A stretch of DNA of 64,000 bases from Ranitomeya imitator. Taxonomy: Eukaryota. Positions 1 to 10,390 of the stretch are shown piece by piece. The DNA is taken from NCBI RefSeq assembly GCF_032444005.1, contig NC_091285.1, positions 12,958,001 to 13,022,000 of the forward strand. Reading direction: 5' to 3'. Position numbers and translations under genes: made by a program. How positions within the stretch are numbered: the first letter of the stretch is position 1; every line of letters begins with the position of its first letter. Below the pieces are notes generated by a model. The model had not been told where the DNA came from. It searched no databases and saw only the letters and a program-made list of their open reading frames with translations.

Positions 1-258
1 GGTCATTGCTGAAAGTCTGGAACTTTATTTGGTCGTCAGGTCGGCGTGATTCGTCCTGTTTGACAGCAAAAGCAATGATGCCTGCAATGTTTCTTCATGG
101 AGCGAACAATCAGCGAGAACGATAAGTACGTCACTGGATCGCTCCTGCATCGTTCTGCGTTGCCGGTGTTTGACGTCTCCTAGCGACCTAAACAGCGACG
201 CTGCAGCGATCGGCATCGTTGTCTATATCGCTGCAGCGTCACTAAATCTGATGGTACC
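1..258. mobile_element. Partial PIF/Harbinger-like MITE (right part), same family as 778-1454
   Basis: Ends in ...GGTACC followed by TTT/TTA; internal palindrome (gacgctgcagcgat...atcgctgcagcgtc); CG-rich style shared with 778-1454. Confidence 0.5.
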
Positions 259-777
259 TTTAGGCTTGGCCCTTTGTTATTCTCTAAGGGAGGTCACACC
301 ATGTATTGTGTTGGAAGAAACTGGAAAAGGCTGGCACCCCCACACCTCCCATGTGGCTGCCAGATTCAAGGCCTAACATGATGGTGACTTGTGTATCATC
401 TGAGTATACTTGTTGTAATACCACCTGTATTTGCATATCTGACCATTGTACATGTATATCTATTCTATATATAGTGTTTTCTCTAGTGTGCCCTTAAGGC
501 GATTAAATATATAACTTAACCTTGGGCTGCTCTTTTATGTCGATCCACAAAACACGTCTGGTTTCTCAGTTTAACATCGCACGCTACCGGGGCTGGTTTC
601 TGGCCAGATATAATCCCCTTAATGGATTGGACTTGTATCTTAGGAAGAACTGGTGGTGATCCTATAGAGCTGGCAAGGCTCTGTTTCACTGGTGTAAGTG
701 AAAGGGTCTCTCAACCTTTCAGGGATGTGAGAGATTGTTGTACCACGACAGGAGATGCGTGGGCCATCCTCACTTAA

Positions 778-1454
778 GGTACCTTCACACATAACGAGAT
801 CGTTAACAATATCGTTGCAACGTCACGCTTTTTGTGACGTAGCAACGATCCTGCTAACGATCTCGTTATGTGTGACAGCGACCAATGATCAGGCCCCTGC
901 TGGGAGATCGTTGGTCGCTGGGGAATGATCAGGACCTTTTTTTGGTCGCTGATCACCCGCTGTCATCGCTGGATCAGCGTGTGTGACGCCGATCCAGCGA
1001 TGTGTTCACTTGTAACCAGGGTAAATATCGGGTTACTAGGAGTAGGGCCGCGCTTAGTAACCCGATATTTACCCTGGTTACCATTGTAAAAGTTAAAAAA
1101 ACAAACAAACACTACATACTCACATTCCGATGTCTGTCACGTCCCCCGCCGTCAGCTTCCCGCACTGTAGTGTTTTTTTTGTTTTTTTTTACTTTTACAA
1201 TTGTAACCAGGATAAATATCGGGTTACTAAGCGCGGCCCCTGCACTTAGTAACCCGATGTTTACCCTGGTTACCCAGGGACTTCGGCATCGTTGAACACA
1301 GTTTCAATGATGCCGAAGTCGTTCCCCGGATCGTTGGTCGCTGGAGAGAGCTGTCTGTGTGACAGCTCCCCAGCGACCACACAACGACCAACGATCACGG
1401 CCAGGTCGTATCGCTGGTCGTGATGGTTGGTAAGTTGTTTAGTGTAACAGTACC
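778..1454. mobile_element. Palindromic PIF/Harbinger (Tourist-like) MITE
   Basis: TAA|GGTACCTTCACAC ... GTGTAACAGTACC|TTT termini; two internal hairpins at ~1013-1082 and ~1201-1276. Confidence 0.65.
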
Positions 1455-2329
1455 TTTACTCTCCGTGCCCTGCTGTGCTTGCGTTGATAGGCGTGTCTGT
1501 GTAAAAATTGTGCCAAGTGACATTAAGTATCCCCAGGGGGTGCGAAGCGTCACGTTCGTTAAAGGGAGCAGACTGTACTGTGTGACTCCTCCCTCAACAT
1601 ATTAATGCCATCAGGCGGGACTGGGAGGTATGGTTTTTCACAGTGAACTTTGATTTTTGACTTGTTGAATGATCCCTGGTGAGCAAAGATAAAAAGTGTC
1701 TGTTTAATATCTCAGCCTTTTCTTTGTCCTCTATAATTATCTTGTTATAAGCATCTTTTTATACTATCCATTTTTTTTTCCTTTTTGGGATTGATGAGTT
1801 TCCAAAATTTTGGGGGATTTATTTTAATGTTGCTGGTGATTTGTTTCTTTGTTTATGTTTGCAGCTTGATTTCTTTTTTACATTTCCTATTGAGATCTTT
1901 ATACTCCTTAAACGCTATTTATACTTTATACTCCGCATTGTGATCCTAATTTTCATCCTGTTATTTTTTTTACAAACAACCAAAATGGAAGGAAAGGAGA
2001 TAATGCAAGCATGCATGTGAGCAGATCCAGCCCACTTTTACTGCAGTCGTAATGAGAGCTAGGACTACACTAAGTTTTCATGGAAAATTTCAGCAACTGC
2101 TCCCTCTAGTGTTTAAAAGTGGAAAATGTAATAATTGCTTTCATTGTTCGGACCAGCCATAGTGTAAGAAATTGGAGGTTCATATAATGCTGCATGAACC
2201 GGTTATCAGCCAGAATATGTAAAACTACAGACACAGAGGGATATTAACTGCATAAAGCGTATAAGAACATGATGCGAGGAACCTGGTTAAGGTGAAAATT
2301 TTGAATGGGCAACACAGGGATAGATAAAT

Positions 2330-2545
2330 AAATGAGTTGAGGCGGTAGGCCAGTCTGAAGAAATGCGATTTTAAGGCACGCTTAAAACTGTGGGGATTAA
2401 TCGAATTATCCTGGATAGTGCATTACAAAGAATTGGCGCAGCACTTGAGAAGTTTTGGAAACGGGAGTGGGAGGTTCACAAGGTAGAGGCATCGGTGTAA
2501 TGGTTGGTGAGGAATATGATCCTGGCTGCAGCATTCAAGATATAA
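2330..2545 (-). mobile_element. L2 LINE 3' fragment
   Basis: Minus strand reads ...SFKRALKSHFFRLAY, the typical end of an L2 ORF2. Confidence 0.5.
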
Positions 2546-3064
2546 TGTAAAACTTTTTAACTTATTTTTTTTATTGGTATAAAATATGAAGAATAAGTTA
2601 AGTTACATTTCTTTAATTGTTGAAAATAAATTTTGATGACACGTTCCCCTTAAGAGTGTTAGAAAGTTGCCCAGCCACTGTACTGAAAGCACAACAACAT
2701 AGAGAAAATAAATGTATTAATCTCGGGAGCCGTCGACTTTCAGTCATACAGGAGTGTCGATGCAGCTACAGTTACAGTCACCACTCACAGCACTGTGATT
2801 GAAGGCTGCAAGCACGTCCAGCACTTTGACAGCCGCCTCTGCACAGATGTGATTATTGTAGGAAAATGGCGTGCACTCTGAGAATTAGGGCAGGTGCAGG
2901 CTGAACCTGGAATGGATCCAGTAGAATCATATGCTTGAAGAAACAGCTGCACTCAAGATATGGATTTTCAAATGCATAATATAGATGAAATTTATTGAAA
3001 TCACCACAGTAATACTAAAATGTTAAAGTAACGTTTCGACCCCATGATGGGTCTTTATTAGTGA

Positions 3065-3880
3065 CTAGATGGTGGCCCGATTCTAACTCATCAGGTATTC
3101 TAGATTATGCATGTCCATGTAGTATATTGCACAGCTCGCGTAGTATATTGCCCAACCACGTAGTATATTGCCCAGTCACGTAGTATATTGCCCAGTCACA
3201 TAGTATATTGCCCAGCCATGTAGTATATTGCCCAGCCACGAATGTAACAGGTTAAAAAAGACTTAAAATAAAAAATAAACATATACTCACCTTCCGAGGG
3301 GCCCTGGCGCTTGTGTGCGGTGCACGCGGCTGCTTCCGGTCCCAGGGTTGGTATGAGCGTAGGACCTGTGATGACGTCACGGTCACATGACTGTGATGTC
3401 ATGGCAGGTCCTTCTCGCATAGCATCTTTGGCACCGGAACCTGCCGCTTGCACTGGCGAGGAGAGGGCGCACGTCGAAGGGTGAGAAAAACGTTTTTTTA
3501 ATTATTATTATTATTTATAACATTAGATATTTTTACTATTGATGCTGCATAGGCAGCATCAATAGTAAAAACTTGGTCACACAGGGTTAATAGCGGCGGT
3601 AACGGAGTGAGTTACCCGCGCATCATACTGCTGGCATTAACCCTGTGTGAGCGGTGACTGGAGGGGAGTATGGAGCGGGCGCTGACTGCAGGGAGTAGGG
3701 AGGGACTAATCGGACTGTGGCCGTCGCTGATTGGTCGCGGCAGCCATGACAGGCAGCTGGCGAGATCAATCAGCGACTTGCATTTCCATGACAGACAGAA
3801 GCCGCGACCAATGAATATCCGAGCCAGACAGACAGGCAGAAGGACAGACGGAAGTTACCCATAGACAATTATATAGTAAA
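3065..3880 (-). mobile_element. Non-autonomous Helitron
   Basis: Inserted between A and T with no TSD. Minus strand starts TT(TC-like)TACTATATAATT and ends ...CCTGATgagttagaATCGGG-CCACCATCTAG (subterminal hairpin + CTAG). Confidence 0.7.
3119..3240. repeat. 20-bp tandem repeat (gtagtatattgcccagccac) x6 inside the Helitron
   Basis: Units visible directly. Confidence 0.9.
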
Positions 3881-4414
3881 TGAGCGAATATACTTGTTAC
3901 TCGAGATTTCTCAGCACGCTCGGGGGTCCTTCCGAGTATTTTTTAGTGCTCGCAGATTTAGTTTTTCTTGCCGCAGCTGAATGATTTACATCTGTTAGCC
4001 AGCATAAGTACATGTGGGGATTCCCTAGCGACCCGGCAACCCCCACATGTACTTATGCTGGCTAACAAATGTAAATCATTCAGCTGCGGCAAGAAATAGG
4101 TATTTTTGTGTTACCATAAAATCCTTTTCTCCGAGACGCTCATTGGGGGACACAGGACTGTGGGTGTATGCTTCTGCCGCCAGGAGGCTGACACTAAGTA
4201 AACTTAAAAAAAAAGTTAGCTCCTCCTCCGTCGTATACACCATGACACTGGCTACCGGAGAATCCAGTTTGGTGCAAAAGCAGTAGGAGAACAAAAAAAC
4301 AAACAAGAAATGATATAACAGCATAAATACAGAAAACTTATGTCTAGAAAAGATCCTACTGACTAACAAAATCAGATACAGCCAAAGCAGCCAACAGGCT
4401 ACCAGGGAGGGAGC

Positions 4415-4512
4415 TGTCCCCCAATGAGCGTCTCGGAGAAAAGGATTTTACGGTGAGTAACACAAAAATCCCTATTTCTCCTTCACCTCATTGGGGGACA
4501 CAGGACTGTGGG
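4415..4512. other. DIRS internal complementary region (ICR)
   Basis: 4415-4474 is complementary to the left terminus and 4475-4512 to the right terminus; the join CCCTA|TTTCTCC is at 4474/4475. Confidence 0.9.
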
Positions 4513-4578
4513 ATGTCCTAAAGCAGTCCCTGGGAGGGAATTTAACTCACCAGTAATAATTATCCGGATAATGATTCT

Positions 4579-6837
4579 CTATAAGTGCGCCACCGCCACT
4601 TGAAGAATCCTTCTATCCAGACTTGCATCTGCAGAGATCTGGGAGCGGACATTATAATGTTTGACAAAAGTATGCAAACTAGACCAGGTCGCAGCCTTGC
4701 AAACCTGTTCTGCTGAGGCCTGGTGCCGAATGGCCCAGGAAGCCCCCACTGCTCTAGTGGAATGAGCCTTGATTCCAGCCGGAACCATCATGCCCTTGGT
4801 GCGATAGGCCTCCTGGATGGTCGCCCGTGTCCACCTGGCCAGGGTGGATTTTGAGGCCGCACAACCCTTCCTGCGACCTTCCGGAAGGACAAACAGAGCA
4901 TCTGTCTGGCGAAACGAAGCCGTTCGGGCAATGTACCTCCTCAGTGCTCTCACCAGATCCAACGTATGGAGAGCTTTTTCTACACGGTGCGTAGGCGCCG
5001 GACAAAAAGAGGGTAGAACAATATCCTCATTAATGTGGAATAAGGAAACCACCTTCGGCAAAAAAGAGGGTGCTGGTCTGAGCACTACCTTGTCCTGATG
5101 AAAACGCAAAAAGGGGGTACGACAGGAGAGAGCTGCCAGCTCTGATACCCGCCTTATGGAGGTTATGGCCACTAAAAATATGACCTTCCAAGACAGGAGG
5201 GTTAAGGAAATATCCTGAAGAGGCTCAAAGGGAGCCTCCTGCAAGGCCCTTAAGACCAAATTAAGGTCCCAAGCTTCCAACGGAGTTTTATAAGGAGGGA
5301 CCTTATGAGCGACACCCTGGAAAAAAGTCTTGACCTGATGATTAGTAGCAATCCTGCACTGAAAAAGGACTGATAAGGCCGAGATCTGCCTTTTAAGAGT
5401 ACTTGGCGCAAGCCCGGAATCCAGGCCTGCTTGAAGAAAGGCTAGAATGTTTGGGACAGAAAAACGCAGAGGAGGCAGTCCGCGCTCTCTACACCAAGAA
5501 AGGAAAACTTTCCAAGTGTGATGGTAGATTCTGGCCGAAACAGTCTTACGCGCACTGATCATGGTATTTGCTACCTCTTGGGAGAACCCTGCCCGAGTTA
5601 AAACCCAAGATTCAACGGCCAGGCCGTCAAACGTAGGACCCCTGAGTTCTGGTGGTAGATCGGCCCTTGAGATAGAAGATCTGGCCGATCGGGGAGCCGC
5701 CATGGAACCCCGACGAGAAGCTGTACCAGGTCTGCATACCAGGTCCGTCGTGGCCAATCCGGGGCGATCAGAATAGCAGGTACTCTCTCTGACTTGATTT
5801 TCTTGATTACCCTCGGGAGCAGTGCCAGAGGCGGGAACAGATAAGAGAAACGAAATTGGTTCCAGGACAATACTAGCGCATCTACCGTGATTGCCTGTGG
5901 ATCTCGGTACCGAGAGACAAATCTGGGCACCTTGGCATTGCCCCTGGACGCCATTAGATCCACGTCCGGAGTCCCCCAACGATGGCATATCTGCAGAAAT
6001 ACCTCGGGATGGAAAGACCATTCTCCGGAAGATAGACCCTGACGGCTTAGGAAATCTGCCGCCCAGTTTTCTTCGCCCAGAATGTGGACTGCCGAAATCA
6101 CAGAGTGATTTCTCTCTGCCCAGAACAGTATCTGTTTTACTTCCTGCATGGCTGCCTTGCTGCGGGTGCCCCCCTGGTGATTTATGTATGCCACAGCTGT
6201 GGCGTTGTCCGATTGAATTCGGACAGGGCGACCCACCAGAAGATGGTGGAAATGTTGCAAGGCTAGCCGAACTGCTCGAATCTCCAAGAGATTGAGGGGG
6301 AGGGCTGATTCCAGAGGAGACCAGCACCCCTGTGCTGTGTGGTGAAAGAATACTGCTCCCCAACCCAGGAGACTGGCATCTGTTGTGACCACTAGCCAAT
6401 TGGTTGGGGGAAAGGGCTTCCCCATGAGAAGTGATGAGCTGTTTAGCCACCAAGAGAGGGCCTGCCTGACCTGGAGAGACAACCGAAATCTGCGGTTGAG
6501 GGAGAGTGGATTTCTGTTCCACACTGCTAGGATTGCTTGTTGGAGAGGATGAAGATGAAGCTGCGCAAATGGAACTGCCTCTATAGTTGCAACCATCTTT
6601 CCTAAGACCCTCATGCAGGACCGGATCGTGTGAGAGTGCGGTTGCTGAAGCTTCCTCACTTCCCGCTGAAGGGCAAGGACCTTGTCCTGGGGGGGGATTG
6701 ATAGGGCATGAGAGGTGTCGAAGATCATGCCTAGAAATGAGATCCTCGGAGATGGTTGAAGGGATGACTTCCTTAAATTTATTAGCCAGCCTAGACGAGA
6801 AAGGGTGTCTAGAGTGAAGCCGACATTCTCCCTGCAA
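4579..6837 (-). CDS. DIRS ORF3: tyrosine recombinase (YR domain in the last ~350 codons, ~4579-5650; upstream part overlaps pol)
   Basis: Motifs ITSIRRVSEL (R), HSTR (H-x-x-R) and WSSLHTFVKHY (W...Y); no stop in this ORF. Confidence 0.85.
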   Translation of the reverse strand: MQGECRLHSRHPFSSRLANKFKEVIPSTISEDLISRHDLRHLSCPINPPPGQGPCPSAGSEEASATALSHDPVLHEGLRKDGCNYRGSSICAASSSSSPTSNPSSVEQKSTLPQPQISVVSPGQAGPLLVAKQLITSHGEALSPNQLASGHNRCQSPGLGSSILSPHSTGVLVSSGISPPPQSLGDSSSSASLATFPPSSGGSPCPNSIGQRHSCGIHKSPGGHPQQGSHAGSKTDTVLGREKSLCDFGSPHSGRRKLGGRFPKPSGSIFRRMVFPSRGISADMPSLGDSGRGSNGVQGQCQGAQICLSVPRSTGNHGRCASIVLEPISFLLSVPASGTAPEGNQENQVRESTCYSDRPGLATTDLVCRPGTASRRGSMAAPRSARSSISRADLPPELRGPTFDGLAVESWVLTRAGFSQEVANTMISARKTVSARIYHHTWKVFLSWCRERGLPPLRFSVPNILAFLQAGLDSGLAPSTLKRQISALSVLFQCRIATNHQVKTFFQGVAHKVPPYKTPLEAWDLNLVLRALQEAPFEPLQDISLTLLSWKVIFLVAITSIRRVSELAALSCRTPFLRFHQDKVVLRPAPSFLPKVVSLFHINEDIVLPSFCPAPTHRVEKALHTLDLVRALRRYIARTASFRQTDALFVLPEGRRKGCAASKSTLARWTRATIQEAYRTKGMMVPAGIKAHSTRAVGASWAIRHQASAEQVCKAATWSSLHTFVKHYNVRSQISADASLDRRILQVAVAHL

Positions 6838-7660
6838 GATTGAAAAGTCGAACCTTTGATCAGCAGATCGTCTAGGTAAGGCAAGACAACTATGCCCCGG
6901 GAGTGCAGAATGGACACCACAGTTGCCATGACTTTTGTGAACACCCTGGGAGCGGAGGCCGCCCGAAGGGTAAAGCCGTGAACTAGAAGTGCAGATTGTT
7001 TAAGGCAAACCGGAGAAAACTTTAATGAGGAGGAAAAATGGGAATATGTAGATAGGTGTCCTGAATGTCGATCGAAGCCAAGAACTCTCCCTTTTCTAGT
7101 GAGCCGATGACTAACCGGAGCGATTCCATCCGAAAGTGACGAACGCGGACAAACCTGTTTAAAAGTTTTAGATCTAGGATAGGCCTTGCCGTTCCGTCCT
7201 TTTTGGGTACTACAAAAAGATTGGAGTAAAAGCCCTGAAACCTTTCCTCCCTTGGAACAGGAGAAATTACTCCGCTGAGACGAAGGGACTCTATGGAATT
7301 GTACAGGTCTTGTCGGAGGGACTCGGACCTGGGAAGACGGGATGGGAAGAACCGGGGAGGAGGTAGACGGACCAGCTCTATCTTGTAACCTGAAGATACG
7401 AGCTCTCCCACCCACCGGTCATGGATTACTTGAAGCCAGACCTGGCGAAACAAAAGTAGACGTCCGCCTACTCTGTTGGAGGTACTCCGAGGAGGCCTCC
7501 AGTCACTTGGCCGAAAACCTTTGAGTCCTAGATCCTCTGGATCTAGTTGACTGGGAACGCATTCTTCCCCCCTAGTTGGCCGAATAAGGGATCCGAACGT
7601 CACGGTCCTGATTGGGTCGACCCTGCGCAGCAGAACTTGACGCTGGGGCCCATCTAGCAT
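5598..7660 (-). pseudogene. DIRS pol (RT - RNase H - methyltransferase-like), disrupted
   Basis: RT motifs ILDLKLLN, SIDIQDTYLHIPI and PYLDDLLI; RNase H TTDASLLGWG; MT-like VDLMAS...YLFPP. Stops TAA (7022-7024) and TAG (6983-6985) plus a frameshift near 6958. Confidence 0.9.
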
Positions 7661-7763
7661 TGCGAAAGGGTCTGAAACAAGCTTGAAATTGGCGGCGAAA
7701 AGGCTGTCTAATCCTCTACTGAGGAAGAAACTTACTCTTCCCTCTTGTGGAATCCGAAATCAG

Positions 7764-8615
7764 CTAATCCAGTTTTTCAACGAACAAGCGACCTCCCTGA
7801 TACGGTAGAGTTGTAAGCGATTTTTTAGAGGTAGAGTCAGCACGCCAGGTTCTTAACCAGAGAGCCCTTCTAATAGCAATAGCATTAGCCGCAGCTGCAG
7901 AGGCACAATCTGCAGCATCTGAGGATGCATTAATCAGATAACTACCAGCCAGTGCTATCTGAGATGACATTTCTGCCAATTCTGCTGACAAATCACTTTC
8001 TTGAAAAGCCTTTGTTAAAGACTCTGACCAAGACTGGGGGGAGAAGCACTTACCCCAGTTCTGTGTCCCCACGATTGTAGCGACGGATCCGGACGCACGC
8101 TGCGGAGCAAAAAGATGCTGCTTTTATCCTCAGCCGATTTCAGGGGGCGGGACCGCCATACTGCGCTGCGGCCTATAGTAGGCCTGAAGCCGGGACCTCA
8201 ATTTTTTCCCCGAGAGAGGAAAGGCGGAACTGGAAGTGGACGCGCCGGAAGGGGAGGAGCCTAACTGCGCGGCCTGCTGGGCGGAAGCCAGGGCCCTGAG
8301 CGGCCCGGAAGTTGTCCCCATGCTTGCTGGAGACCTGGCCGCATCTGGAAACGACCGCGGCGCCGGCCACAGCATAGCGCCGCGGCGCCAGCCGCAACGC
8401 AGCACCAGCCGCATCGCAGCGCCGCCCGCATACAGCGCCGTGGCGCCGCCCCACAGCGCCGCAAAACCGGCCGCCGAAAAAGGAAAATGGCGTCGGCGGC
8501 ACCGCAGCGCCGACAGCCCAACCACAGAACACGGCGCAGGCGACGGACCCTGAAGTACCGCAACACTGCAGAGCCCCTGCCGACGCAAGATGCCAGCAGC
8601 GTCAGGTAAAAACAA
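7764..8615 (-). pseudogene. DIRS gag-like ORF1 remnant
   Basis: Lies between the 5' ITR and pol; RRALWLRTWRADSTSKKSL..LPYQGGRLF resembles the DIRS gag C-terminus; broken into several short ORFs. Confidence 0.6.
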
Positions 8616-9554
8616 AAACCTATAGATAGAGCTCCCTGTCCGGAGCCCCCCCAGAGAGCATCCAGCGAGGGGGGAAGCAAAAAAGACAGTGCAGGAACCC
8701 TATCTCCATTATCTGCCCAGGATAAGGAGAGGGACCGTCCACCACCCTATCTATCACCGCAGCAGAGCAGGGGTGTAGGAATCAGAAGGGAAACATGGAC
8801 ATCTAAAGGCACCTGTACAGCCCAGGGTCTAAATACCTTAGGGTGGTCAGGGCCAAGTCCGGGGAAGAATCCCACGTAGCGGGAAAGGATACGTGGATAT
8901 GGGATCACACGTGCTTGCCCGTTAATGGTTTGGGGAGATCGGACCCTCAAAAGGATCCGTCGCCCCTTCAATTCATAGTATTGAAAATGGAGTCCAAAGG
9001 AACAGGACTCAGAGGTGTGCCTCCTTGAGACACTAAGCATAAACTGGATTCTCCGGTAGCCAGTGTCAGGGTGTATACGACGGAGGAGGAGCTAACTTTT
9101 TTTTTTTAAGTTTACTTAGTGTCAGCCTCCTGGCGGCAGAAGCATACACCCACAGTCCTGTGTCCCCCAATGAGGCGAAGGAGAAAAACGAAATCACCGA
9201 GCACTAAAAAATTCTTGGAGGACCCCCGAGCATGCTCAAGAAATCTCGAGTAACGAGTATATTCGCTCATCACTAGTCTTTATCAAACCTCACTTTAAGG
9301 TAGAAGTAAATGGGAGAGAAAGACACCGCGAAGGGAGTTGTAGAGGCTCCTAGAAAGAGCTATAGGTATAGAGTACAGGGGTCCGGTAAGGCACCACCAC
9401 AGGCATCCCCACACTCCGTACCCGCAGCTCTCACTGGGATCGCATTCGCTCCCTGTGCCTTACCAGACCCCTGTACTCTATACCTATAGCTCTTTCTAGG
9501 AGCCTCTACAACTCTCTTCGCGGTGTCTTCCTCTCCTATTTACTTCTACCTAAA

Positions 9555-10390
9555 AGTGAGGTTTGATAAAGACCCTGTTAGGGCTGGCGGAACACACCGA
9601 GTAAATATAGAGATGCACAATATGGCGGTAGAAGCGAACTCTGTTGCTTCACAGAGTCGCTATAAAGAAAGGACTGTGTCCTGTTAAACTCCACAGGAAT
9701 ATACAGTAACTGCTGAGCAGATAGCAGCTTGTGGTCATGCAGTCCAGGAGGCAAACATACAATCTCCTCACCGGAGGAGCCGGTATTCTAGTGGCTTATT
9801 TCAGTCGGGGCCCTGAAACTAAACACACAATCTCCTCACCAGAGGTGCCGGTATTCTAGTGGCTTATTTCAGCCGGGTCCCTGAATATACACAAGCGTGA
9901 CCACACTGGCGCAAATTTCATGTCATGCATTGATACTAGCGCATGGCAGTGCAGCCATGCGAACCTTATATAGCTGCAGCACGTACAGTACCTTCCTAGA
10001 AGGACCAATGAGAGGCTGCCACAGAGCCTGAGGAACTACAGGACCTTCCTGGAGAACCAATGGGTTTTGCTGCAGTATCTAAGCATGTGACCCTCGATCT
10101 CCAATTAGAGATCTTACCCTGGGCATGCTCAGAAGGGGAAAAGCAGGACTTAGTCCCAAAAGCATCTGCTCGCCGCTGCCCAACACTGGCTTCAATGGCA
10201 GAAGCTGGAAAAGCAGCAGTAACCCTTTGCACAGAGTCAGACTGAGCGAGACACTGGGACCGACGTCTCCGCTGAACAGGCTCCACTGCGGCAGGAGAAG
10301 AATGGGAGATGGCCCGAGATTCCCCCTGTGCAGAGGCGGGAACTCGACCCCCAACAGACCCATCACGAGATCGAAATGTTACCTCGACAC
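9555..10390 (+). ncRNA. Split minimal type I hammerhead ribozyme (U3-A8 variant); pieces 9555-9575 and 10362-10390
   Basis: After removing the solo LTR: gtgaggt-TTGATAA-A-GACCC-atcacg-AGATC-GAAAT-GTT-acctc. Helix I gaggt/acctc is perfect; stem II 3' strand and C15.2 are decayed. Confidence 0.6.
9576..10356. mobile_element. Solo LTR (781 bp)
   Basis: TGTTAGG...CCCCAACA termini; 5-bp TSD GACCC (9571-9575, 10357-10361); same family as 50738-51667. Confidence 0.9.

Larger units (their letters stand above)
4097..9186 (-). mobile_element. DIRS1-type tyrosine-recombinase retrotransposon with both ITRs and ICR
   Basis: ITRs ~4097-4270 and 9041-9186; ICR ~4415-4512; gag remnant, RT/RNase H/MT-like pol and YR ORFs; begins TTT on the minus strand; no TSD. 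Confidence 0.95.
3059..9275. mobile_element. hAT-type MITE (own sequence 3059-3064, 3881-4096, 9187-9275) hosting a Helitron and a DIRS
   Basis: TIRs TAGTGA|TGAGCGAATATAC and GTATATTCGCTCATCACTA; perfect 8-bp TSD GTCTTTAT at 3051-3058 and 9276-9283; internal hairpin ~3969-4093. Confidence 0.85.
3021..9296 (-). ncRNA. Split minimal type I hammerhead ribozyme (U3-A8 variant); pieces 9284-9296 and 3021-3058
   Basis: After removing the hAT MITE and one TSD copy, the minus strand reads gtgaggt-UUGAUAA-A-GACCC-aucaug-GGGUC-GAAAC-GUU-acuuua. Confidence 0.65.

Noticed and set aside
302-772. Possible solo LTR
   Set aside because: It has an LTR-like feel, but I could not find matching TG...CA ends with a TSD.
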